DNA from: Verrucomicrobiota bacterium
Lineage (GTDB): Bacteria > Verrucomicrobiota > Verrucomicrobiia > Limisphaerales > UBA1096
Assembly (NCBI GenBank): GCA_018674955.1
Contig: JABGZB010000090.1
Span: 1 to 61,607, forward strand
DNA: 61,607 nt
Reading direction: 5' to 3'
Shown: positions 40,061-50,300 of the stretch, one piece after another
Layout: the number at the start of each line of letters is the position of its first letter
How positions within the stretch are numbered: the stretch's first letter is position 1
Notes under the pieces: model-generated
What the model was told of the DNA's origin: nothing
Database searches by the model: none
What the model saw: only the letters and a program-made list of their open reading frames with translations
Translations under genes and position numbers: made by a program

Positions 40061-42652
40061 TCACTCGTACTTAAGCGTCACCTGGCCGTTGGCCACCTGA
40101 ATGCTCTTGATTTTCACTGCGGAGCCGCTTAAGCGGTAAAACTGGGTTGTGGTGCCCCCCTGGCCAAGCGTGATCGTGCGGCTGGCCTCGTCTATGGCGG
40201 CACCACCGTCGGTCTTGTACGGGCCGTTCACGGCGGAGCTGAACTCCAACGCCAGCGTCGGCTGTACAGGCTCCTCATACTTAACGAATACAAGATAGTT
40301 CTGAACAAGGTACAAATCATTAGGATCAGTGATGTGCTGAGCAAGGCGTAGAGTAGCCTTCCCTCCAAGCTCCACAATAACCGGCTTCTTTCCTGTTTCG
40401 TTTGTTAGCAGAACATTGCGAAACTCCACGCCGGATTCACTGCCAAGGAAACTACCCAACACCTCAGTAGTCTGCTCCTCCTCATCAGTGGCACTCGTAA
40501 CAAGCTCCAATGTAGCCTTAGACTCCGGCATATCAAACTGTGCCTGACGCAAATAGACCAAATAGTCACCATTTGGATAGGTTCGTGTGTAGTTAAGCCA
40601 TTCTCCTTCTTCAATGTCACCAACTCCAAAATCGTATATTCCCTTTTGAGCACCACCAGCCTCGATAAATTTCTCCCTTGCCAAATCAAGTGCCGGAGCT
40701 GTGCTGACTCCGTCGTAAGGACGATAGCGGTGAGTCGCGGGCACAAGGGTCTCATTCGTATCAAAAAAATCGATCCCGATTGAGCCCTCTAATGAATTAT
40801 AGGAGTCATCTCCCCAATTCGAGTCGATGCCATCCTCGGTCAATTCAGGTATCAAAACAGGGTTATCAATAAATTCACCCCACTCATAATTATAGTCCTC
40901 AATCTCAACTACAAAACTGTTTGTATCGAATGTATCAAAGTACAAATTGCGGGTGTCGGTCTCACCGTCAGCATCAGTAGCAGCAAGTACGGCATGATAG
41001 TTGACCCCTGGTTCAAGACCGTCAAAGGATACTTGTCGAGCAGTTGGGGTACCCACAACCTTTAGGCCATTGGCAATGGTATATTTTGACCCATTCAACG
41101 TGACAGAAACGTCATTCGGTTCGACCCCCTGATCGTCATTAACCACAAAAGTTATCTCTGTTGAAACCGTCAAAAAAAGGCTGCTGGCTGCTGGCATAAC
41201 AGAGGCAATATTTGGTGGTTGATTCTTTCCTTTGGCACCAGAAACGGATGCATAAGCATTATCTAATATTACATTAGAGGCAGGCAATGAACCGTTGCCA
41301 TCATTGTGATAAAGCAAAAGAACAAAATTCCCAGGTTTGTCGATGAAGCTGCCAGCGGGTGAATCATTCCCTGTACTAAAGTCCTCCGCTTCAGGGGTGT
41401 CCGTTACCGTTTCTTTAAACAATACTGTCTGATTGTTTTCAAGATCCAGCACCTTTGTCGTCACCTCCACCGAATTACCAGAGCCAGTCATAGACATGAC
41501 GAGTCGAATATTCTCCTCCCTATCAACCCATTCCCCTTCAGTCGTCTCAGAAAAATATTTGCTCAGGCCCTTGGCAAAAAGCAGATCGTTTATGTCCTTT
41601 GCAAAGCTATAACCGGAAAGCGTACTGACGGAATTCTCCTTGGGAATAAAACTGAGAACCGCAAAGGAATCGGGCTGATTAGACGCGACCAGATCAACAC
41701 TGAACTCAACCGTGGTTCCATCCTCGATTGTAAATGTCTTGGGTTCGTAAGTTGCCGCCACAAAAAAAGGCTGCCCCGAAGGTTGGCGCATCCCGATAGT
41801 CAACTGGCCCTCCTCTTCACTCAAGAAGCCATTGCCACTTCCGAAATCGAACATCTTCCAATCAGTAACCTTGTTGTCGTCAAAATCATCCACCGTCGCA
41901 GCCTCGTACTCAAACACCTTGGCGTTGTCCAATGTCACCGTGGAGGCTGGCAACGAACCATTGGTATCGTTGTGATATAGCAGTATGACAAAATTACCCG
42001 GTTTACCTAAGAAGGGAGCAGCTGGGGAATCTGTGCCTGTTTGAAAGTCATCCGCATCCGGCGTGTCTATGGAAGTTTGATCAAACAAAACTGCATTATT
42101 GTTTTCAATATCAAGCACCTTGACTCTCATAACAACACTCTCCCCCTCACCGGTCATGGAAATACTCAACGTGATATTTTCGGGTGTTTCTGTCCACTCT
42201 CCATCGGTAATGTCATAAAAAAATTTGTTCAGCCCTTTGGCTAAAATAACATCTCCACTGTCCTTGACTGCGGAGTAACCCGACAACTGACTTACCGAGG
42301 TTTCAGTTGGAATAAAACCCACGGCTGCATAAGCCTCGGCTTGGTTCGCTCCGATTAAATCGATCTGAAATTCCAGAGTCACACCATCCTCAATAGTAAA
42401 AGTTTGAGAGCCATAAGTAGCCGCCACGAAAAATGGCTGCTTTGGGGCCTGATACATACCAATAGTAAGCTGCCCATCCTCCTCCTTGAGAAAGCCGTTG
42501 CCACTGCCGAAGTCAAATTTCTCCCATCCGGTGACTTTGTTGTCATTGAAGTCATCCAACACCTTAGCCAGCGGGGATTGATTCATGGCGAAAAAGAAGG
42601 CTACGACGGGCGCAGCCTTCATCCAGTATGTGAATAAACGAGTTGTTTTCAT
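40061..42652 (-). CDS. Secreted repeat protein with two tandem ~225-aa modules, an Ig-like domain and a CBM6/35-like C-terminal region
   Basis: There is a signal peptide. The module DDFxDNKVTxWxxFDFGSGNGFLxEEEGQLTIGM...LLYHNDxNGSLPAS is duplicated. Motifs IEDYNYEWGEF and GEWLNYTRTYPNGDYLVYLRQA resemble carbohydrate-binding modules. G+C is visibly lower than in the neighbours. Confidence 0.6.
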   Translation of the reverse strand: MKTTRLFTYWMKAAPVVAFFFAMNQSPLAKVLDDFNDNKVTGWEKFDFGSGNGFLKEEDGQLTIGMYQAPKQPFFVAATYGSQTFTIEDGVTLEFQIDLIGANQAEAYAAVGFIPTETSVSQLSGYSAVKDSGDVILAKGLNKFFYDITDGEWTETPENITLSISMTGEGESVVMRVKVLDIENNNAVLFDQTSIDTPDADDFQTGTDSPAAPFLGKPGNFVILLYHNDTNGSLPASTVTLDNAKVFEYEAATVDDFDDNKVTDWKMFDFGSGNGFLSEEEGQLTIGMRQPSGQPFFVAATYEPKTFTIEDGTTVEFSVDLVASNQPDSFAVLSFIPKENSVSTLSGYSFAKDINDLLFAKGLSKYFSETTEGEWVDREENIRLVMSMTGSGNSVEVTTKVLDLENNQTVLFKETVTDTPEAEDFSTGNDSPAGSFIDKPGNFVLLLYHNDGNGSLPASNVILDNAYASVSGAKGKNQPPNIASVMPAASSLFLTVSTEITFVVNDDQGVEPNDVSVTLNGSKYTIANGLKVVGTPTARQVSFDGLEPGVNYHAVLAATDADGETDTRNLYFDTFDTNSFVVEIEDYNYEWGEFIDNPVLIPELTEDGIDSNWGDDSYNSLEGSIGIDFFDTNETLVPATHRYRPYDGVSTAPALDLAREKFIEAGGAQKGIYDFGVGDIEEGEWLNYTRTYPNGDYLVYLRQAQFDMPESKATLELVTSATDEEEQTTEVLGSFLGSESGVEFRNVLLTNETGKKPVIVELGGKATLRLAQHITDPNDLYLVQNYLVFVKYEEPVQPTLALEFSSAVNGPYKTDGGAAIDEASRTITLGQGGTTTQFYRLSGSAVKIKSIQVANGQVTLKYE

Positions 42653-42797
42653 TGTTTTTTGGTCGGCTGGAGAGGCGAGTGTTCTGCGTTTCCCCGGGCA
42701 GGTCAATCCCAAAACACCACGCCGAATCGCTTGGCCATGCGCGGCCGGCTGTGGCAAGCTTGACCAAGCGCTAAACCGACTCTTTTATCGAAAAACA

Positions 42798-44084
42798 ATG
42801 AAAAACAGTATCCTCAACCGTCGCCGTTTCCTGCAACACTCCGCCGCTGGAGTCACCGCCGCCGCCTTGGCCAAGCGCCACTCGCTACACGCCGCCAACA
42901 AGGCCGCCAACAAGCTGCGAGTCGGCGTGATAGGCCTTGGCCGCGGCATGGCACACGTCAAGAATTACCTGAAACTCTCCGACGTCGAGGTGGCCTACGT
43001 TTGCGACGTCGATGACAACCGCACCGCCAACGGCCTGTCGGTCGTCACCAAGAGCCAGGCGGCGGCGTGCCGGGGCATCACCGATCTGCGACGCATGCTC
43101 GACGATCCGCACCTCGACGCCATCTCCATCGCCGCGCCGAATTTCTGGCACGCGCCGGCGACCATCCTCGGCTGCCAAGCCGGCAAGCATGTTTACGTCG
43201 AGAAACCCGGAAGCCACAACGCCGCCGAGGCGGGGTTAATGGTCGCCGCCGCGCGCAAGCACAAGCGCCTTGTGCAGATGGGCAACCAGCGGCGTAGCTA
43301 CCCGCTCATCATCGAGGCGATACAGCGGATGCGCGAGGGCGTCATCGGGCGAGTGCTCGCGTCGCGCAGTTTCTACTCAAGCGGCCGCGGCTCCATCGGC
43401 AAGGGCAAACCGGCGCCCGTGCCCAAGCATCTCAATTACGACCTGTGGCAAGGGCCGGCACCGGAGCGCCCGTACAAGGACAACCTCATCCCGTACAACT
43501 GGCATTGGCACTGGCATTACGGCGGCGGCGAGATGGCCAACAACGGCGTGCATGCGCTTGACCTCGCCCGCTGGGGGCTCGGCGTCGATCTGCCGCAGCG
43601 CGTCACCTACGGCGGCGGACGCTACCACTTCGACGACGACCAGGAATCCCCCGACACCGGCACGGCGCTGTTCGATTTCGGCAACTGCACCGCTATTTGG
43701 GACCAGAGCAGTTGCCTCCGGCGCAAGCACGAGGCGCTGCCGTTTGTGGTTTTTTATGGGGACAACGGCACCCTCACCATGACCACCGGGAACAAGTACA
43801 TCATCCACGACCTCGCCGGAAAGGAAGTCGAAACCAAGAGCGCACCGGCCAGCGATTTTTTGCACTTCACAAACTTCGTGAACGCCATTCGCAACGGCGA
43901 AAAACTTAACGCAGAAATCGGCGACGGGCAGGTCAGCACCCTGCTCTGCCACTTGGCCAACATGGCCTGGCGCTCAGGCAGCACGGTGGACTTCGACCCG
44001 GCCAAGCGCAGCATCGTCGACAACCCGGCCGCAGCCAAGCTGTGGGCACGTGAGTACCGACCCGGCTGGGAGCCTCAAGTTTGA
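42798..44084 (+). CDS. Gfo/Idh/MocA family oxidoreductase with TAT signal
   Basis: The leader is MKNSILNRRRFLQHSAAGVTAAALA, with GLGRGMAH and AAPNFWHA present. I chose the internal ATG at 42798. Confidence 0.85.
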   Translation: MKNSILNRRRFLQHSAAGVTAAALAKRHSLHAANKAANKLRVGVIGLGRGMAHVKNYLKLSDVEVAYVCDVDDNRTANGLSVVTKSQAAACRGITDLRRMLDDPHLDAISIAAPNFWHAPATILGCQAGKHVYVEKPGSHNAAEAGLMVAAARKHKRLVQMGNQRRSYPLIIEAIQRMREGVIGRVLASRSFYSSGRGSIGKGKPAPVPKHLNYDLWQGPAPERPYKDNLIPYNWHWHWHYGGGEMANNGVHALDLARWGLGVDLPQRVTYGGGRYHFDDDQESPDTGTALFDFGNCTAIWDQSSCLRRKHEALPFVVFYGDNGTLTMTTGNKYIIHDLAGKEVETKSAPASDFLHFTNFVNAIRNGEKLNAEIGDGQVSTLLCHLANMAWRSGSTVDFDPAKRSIVDNPAAAKLWAREYRPGWEPQV

Positions 44085-44309
44085 GCGAGGACTCGCAAGC
44101 CAGGCGGGGAAGACGCCCGCTGCTGTTTCTCCTTGGCTTTATCGCCGGGGATTTTGTCCACGCCTACATCATGGACAGGCAGAATTCCGGTGACTTTTTC
44201 GATCCGGAGGGTTTGATGATCCTGCTGTTCGCCGGCCCCTTCACAGCTCCGGCGGTTTGCCTCTCGATCATGTTTGCCTGCGGTTTTGCGGCAGCCTCGC
44301 TGCCGTGGC

Positions 44310-47300
44310 TCACTCGGCGCGTACGCGGAAAAACAGCCGGCCGGCATCCGCGCCTCGATTGATGTTGATCCACAACTGGCCGCTCTCGTTGGTGTAGGTT
44401 TGCATGTCGGTCCACTTGTCGAGGTTCTCCGAGAACTGCAGCACCACCTTGCCGCCCTTGTCGCCGGTGACGAGGAATCGGAACTTGTCATCGACTGCCA
44501 ACTGAACCGCACTGAGCGTGGGCGCATTCGGGTCGACCGGTGTCACGTCCTCGATGAAGCCGTACTTCACTCCGAGGTACTGGCTCACAGATTCGCGCTC
44601 GCCGACGCCAAGCGCGCGGTTGTAGATGAGCACCTCGGCAATCTCGCCGCCAAAAGCCAGAGTCGCCGCCTCACCCACCAGCAACGTGCCGGACACGTCC
44701 ATCTTCAGCGCGGCACCGAACTCGCCCAACTCAAGCGCATCACTGTCAACGTTCACTGTCGCTGTGTTCCCCTCTCTCATAAACTCCAGCACGTGCCATG
44801 CGTCGTCCCATCCTTCCGGTTGCGCAGCACTGACACGGCCTCCTTCCGACACGTTGCCGTAGTCAATCAGGAACTGGTTGTTGTAACTCGTCAGCAACGC
44901 TAGGTGATTTTTGTAGTTGGGAGCCTCCCATGCCAGCACGGTGTTCATTTTGCTCTGCCATTTTTGCCGCACGACGGCGTACACGCTCACGGCGTCGGGT
45001 GAAAGAAGCGCTTCACCTGCCACGGCTGCGCGCGCTAACACGTCGTTCTCGCCGTCGAACAGCACGGCGGCTAGGCCGTTGAGTGAGTCGGCGGCAAGCG
45101 TCGGTTGCAAATCTTCGTCCGCCTGACTGACATCATGCCCAAACAGGCTCCGATCCGCCCAAGCGCTCACTTTGCCGCCCTCCTGCGTCACGCTGCTCCC
45201 ATCAAGCCACAGCCGCAGTCCGTCCACCGGCACTGGTGAGTCGCCGTACACCGCCACGGTCACGGTGGCTTCGCTGGTCGCTCCGTCGTTGTCGGTCGCC
45301 CGCACGGTCACCGTTTGCAACCCCTCCTTGGCCAACGTCCAGTCTACCTCAAACGGCGCTTCGCTCCGCTTGGCCAAGCTCTCGCCGTTGGCCAAGATTT
45401 CCACCGACACCACGGTGCCGTCGCTGTCGGTTGCGCTTGCGCTCACTTTCAGTGTCGCGCCAACACTCACGCCCAAACCGGCGTTGGGCGAATTGATCAC
45501 CACTTCCGGTACTGTGTTTGGCGGCAGCACGGTCACGCTCACTACTTCCGAAATCGTCTCCGCTCCCCGGTTGTCCACCGCCACCGCTGTCAGTAAATGC
45601 TCTCCCTCGGTCGCTACGGCCCACTCCATTTCGTACGGAGCGGTTTCATCCACTCCCAACGTTGTGGCTCCGCTGAAGAACAACACTTTCACCACGCTCC
45701 CATCGGCATCTGCAGCATCCGCCCTAAGTGCGAGGCTTTTGCCCTGTTTGATCACTGTCCCGGAGGCGGGCGCGCTCAGCGTCACGGTCGGCGCCTGGTT
45801 CGCTGTCACGAACAGGCCGTACCGTGCCCCCAAGTATCCCTTCACTCCGTCCTGCTCCGGCTTGGTCAGCGCTCGATTGTAAACGAGCACCTCCGCAATC
45901 TCGCCGCCAAACGCCAGACCCGGCGACGCTCCCACCGATAGTGTGCCAGACACGTCCGCATTCAGTGCGCTCCCAAACTCACCCAACTCAAGCGTATCAC
46001 TGTCGACGTTCACTGTCGCTGTGTTGCCTCCCCTCACGAACTCCAGCACGTGCCATGCGTCGTCCCACCCTTCCGGCTGCGCGGCGCTCACACGGCCTCC
46101 TTCCGTGGCGCTGCCGTGGTCGACCAAAAACTGGTCGTTGTAACTCGTCAGCAGTGCCAGATGGTTTTTGTAGTTGGGTGCTTCCCACGCCAGCACGGTG
46201 TTGGCCGCGCTCTTTTTGCTCTGGCGAACCACGGCGTAAACACTCACGGCGTCGGACGAGAGTAAACTCGTACCGGCCACATCTGCCCTCGACAGATTGT
46301 CGTCAGCACCGTCGAACAGCACAGCCGCTTTGCCGTTGAGCGTGTCGATGGCCAACGCCGGTTGTAGGCCCAGTTCCGCCTGGCTCACGTCGTGCCCAAA
46401 CAGACTCCGGTCTCCCCACGCGCTCACCACCCCGGCGTCGCTCACAGTCAACTCTTCCCCCGCGTCGAGCCACAGCCGGAGGCCATCCACCGGCACTGGG
46501 GTCTCCCCGTACACGGCCACGCTCACGCTGGCTTCGCTTGTGGCTCCGTCGTTGTCGGTCGCCCGCACAGTCATGGTTTGCAACCCCGCCTTGGCCAAAT
46601 GCCAGTCAGCCTCATACGGAGCTTCGCTCCGCTTGACCAAGCTCTCGCCGTCGGCCGAGATTTCCACCGACACCACGGTGCCGTCGCTGTCGGTTGCGCT
46701 CGCGCTCACTTTCAGTGTCACCCCGACGCTTACGCCTTGGCCGGCGTTAGGCGAAGTGATCACCACTTCCGGTGCCACGTTCGGCGGCAGCACGGTCACA
46801 CTCACGACGGCGGAGATGCCTTGGCCGTCGCGGTCGTCGATCGCCACGGCACTCAGCTGCACCTCGCCAGCCTCCGCCGGTGTCCACTCAAGCTTATACG
46901 GGGCCTCGGTGTCCTCTCCGATCACTTGTTCGCCCGCCAGGAATCTCACCTTCACGACGCTCCCGTCGGCGTCGCTCGCCCTCGCCGCCAGTTGCAGCGT
47001 TTTCCCGGCTTTCAGCGACACTCCACCTTCCGGCTTGGTCAATGACACTGTCGGCGGTTGATTTGCCGATACCGGCAGATCAAATTTCGCCGCCATCACG
47101 CTGCGCACCTGAGCGATTTCCGCATCGCTCAACGCTCGGTTGTACACCAGCATCTCGGCAATCGCTCCGCCGTAATGCAGTCCCCCGACGCCTCCCAGTG
47201 TCAGCGCTCCATCGACTTCGACATCAAGTTCGCCGGCGAATGTGCCGCTGAACACGGTCTCGCCCGCGACGGCCACCCGGCCGTTTGTCCCGGCTCGGTG

Positions 47301-50300
47301 CACTTCCACCAGATTCCACAGGTCATCCCAGCGCTCCGGCTGCGGTGCCGAGATACGGCCCCCGGCGGAGACGTTGCCGTGGTCGAAAAGCAACTGGTCG
47401 TTGTACGTAAACAGCAGGTCCAGATGGTTGCTGTGGCTGTCCGACTCCCAGCCGAAAACCGCGTTGTTCGCACTCGCCTTGGCCTGCTTCATCACGATGA
47501 AAATGCTCGCCGCGTCACTGCTCAACAGCCCGGTTCCGTTCACTGTCGCGCCAAGCACATCATCCGCTCCGTCGAACTCGACTGCTGCTTGGCCGTTCAC
47601 TCCCTCTCCGGCCAAGGCGGGTTGCTTGCCTGCTTCGACTTGGCTCACATCGTGCCCGAACGGCGTGCGATCTGCCCAGGCGCTCACTTTGCCGCCATCC
47701 TGCGTCACGCTGTTCCCGTCGAGCCAGAGCCGCAGACCAAGCGCGGGGAGCGTTGCGCTGTCGAACACCGCCGCCCCGATCGCGCCGGACGTCGCCGAAC
47801 CGCCCTTGGCATCGGTCGCCGTGGCGGAAATTCGGTACAAACCGGGCTCGGGCTCGGCCCAGTCCAATTCGTACGGAGCCTCAGTGTCGGTGCCGATCAA
47901 CTGGTCGTTTTTGAAAAAATCGACCTTGGTGATGGCGGCGTCGCCCGGCGTCACGCTGGCAGCCAGCCGGGTTGTTCCGCCCGGCGCGAAGGCGATGTCC
48001 TCGGCCGGCGCGGTCAGGGTGATGTCCGCGCCTTGGGACACAGTGATCGACACGGGAGCAGTCTCGACCTTTTGGCCGTGTCGATCGGTCACGGCTGCGA
48101 TGATTTCGTAGTCACCGGCGCTCACGCCTTCCCAAGCAGCCTCGAAGGGTGCACTGGCAAGGTTTGCGATCATTTCGCCGTTGGCGAAAAACTCCACCTT
48201 GCGCATCGCTCCATCCGCGGCGTTGTCGGACGCCGTGGCAGCGAACGCGATGGTCGCCGGGGAGACGAACTCCGCGCCGTTCGTCGGCGAAGTCAGCTCG
48301 ATCGTCGGCGCGTGGTTGACGGTGAAGCTCACCTTCTCGGTTGTGATTTTGCCCTGATTGTCCTCGACGTCCACGGTGAACACTGTCGGCGTGGAGTTGG
48401 CATAAGCACCGCCCATCCAGCGGATATCCGTGAGCACTGTTTGGCCCTCGTCGTTCTCGGTCCAGTAAGTCGGGCCATTCGCTTTTGTAAATGTATATCC
48501 CTCGTTTATCCTGATCGACTTGATCTCGCCGTCGGGATCGTACGCCGCGACCGTGAAGGTGAACTTGCCCGGCACCGGCACGAAGTCGCCCGCCGCCGGC
48601 GAGGTGCTGACGACGACCGGCGGCAGGTTGCCGGTGGTGAGGGTGATCTGGATCGGCGCTGACACGCCCTTGGCCCCTCGGTTGTCTGTGACCGTGGCGC
48701 GAATCTCGTAAACGCCCTCACTCGCGCCCTCCCACGTGAACGGCGCCGCAACATCGGCCGCTTGGCCAAGCGCCACCCAATCGGCGGCCTCGAGCAGTTT
48801 GCGCTCATATGAAATGCTAGCGATCGAGCCATCGGCATCGGCGGCGGCGGCCGTTATGACCACGTCACTTGGCGCGCTGAAGAATCGGCCGTTTTTCGGC
48901 GAGGTGATCGCCACCGTCGGCGGCTGGTTGTCGGCGATGTAGCGGATCGAGACCGACTTGTGATCGTCCATCACCAGCGTGACCGACTCGGCCGAGCCGC
49001 TGGCGTCACCCTCCCACTCGTCGTAGCCAAGCCCCTCGCCCGGTCTGGCTGTGAGGGTGACGGTGGTGCCCGGCGGGTAAGTGGCCAAGCTTGGGTTGAT
49101 CTCAATCGTGCCTTCGCCCTCCGCGACGGTTGTCGTGAGCGAGTAGTGGACATTGATCTCGACCGGGTTGCTGTTCTCGATGCCGAAGGCATTACGCAGC
49201 GTCACGGCATAACGCCCGGCGTGACTCGGCGCGAGGTTCACCAACTGCAACTGCTGCTGGGTCGCGCCCACGATCGGCTCGCTGTTTTTGGTCCACTGGA
49301 TGGTCATCGGTGTGCCGACGGCGTCCAATCCGATTAGCAGCGTTTCCGTTCCGGCGAGGTACGTGCCGGCACCGGTGATCGCGCGCAACTTCGGCTTACT
49401 GTTGAAGTCCGGCATGCCGTGAGTCGCCCACGAGAGGTCGGCGGCCAGATCAATCTCCCCGGCCTGCATCGTCGCGAGGCTCGGCTCGCTCGGGCTCCAG
49501 TTTGCGCCGTCGTAAGTGTGCCATGCGGTTTCGCCGTTGGCCTGCAACAGGCCAAGCTTCGTGCCGGCCGGAGCCGACGCGGGGAACTGCAGGTCGTACC
49601 CGGCCGCGCCGGAGAGCGGCGACGGATAACCAAAGTATCCCGAACCGCTGGCCAGAGTCACCTCAGCGCCTTGGCCAAGGTACGAGCCGACGAACACCGC
49701 GCGAAACGCCTTGGTGTCCGGGTTGGTGAACTTGAAAATGCTCCCTTGGCCAAGCTCGACCGCGCCGTTGCTCCACGTGTCGCTCAGTTCGCCCTCGGCC
49801 CACTCGCCAGTTTCCGCGTTGAGAACGGCCACCTTGGAGCCCTTGGCTGCGCCCTGAAACAGCGTGGCGACGGTCTTATTGCCGCTCAGCGCCAACGGCA
49901 CATGATAGAGCGACTGGCCAGGCGGGATGTCGAGATTGACGTAGCCCACGCCGTTAAGCGAATGACCGGCGAGACGGCCCGGGGCCAACTCATCCGCCAC
50001 CAGCACGCGCACAAACTGTTTCTCCACACCAGCGTTGTAGGCCATTGGGATGCGCACCAGCCCATTCTTGTTCTGGTAATCGACGAGCTTGTACCAGCGA
50101 ATCCCGTCGGTGGAGCCCTGTATCTCGCAGTTCGCACCCGGCTCGCTAGATAGCAAAAAGGTGAATCGGCCCTTCACGTCGAAGCCGGCGCCGCTGAGGT
50201 CGGGCAAAATGTAGTCGCGGCTGAAGTTCGCGGTGATCGTCTTGTGCGCGTCCATCGTCACGCTGATCGTCTCATCACTGCCCGCCGCGTCGCCGCTCCA

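Noticed and set aside
44081-44362. A small ORF (93 aa, TTG start) with two hydrophobic segments between the Gfo gene and the 3' end of the giant gene.
   Set aside because: It starts inside the Gfo stop region, overlaps the giant gene by 52 nt on the opposite strand, uses a weak start and has no recognisable motif. I kept it only as a remote possibility for a small membrane protein.
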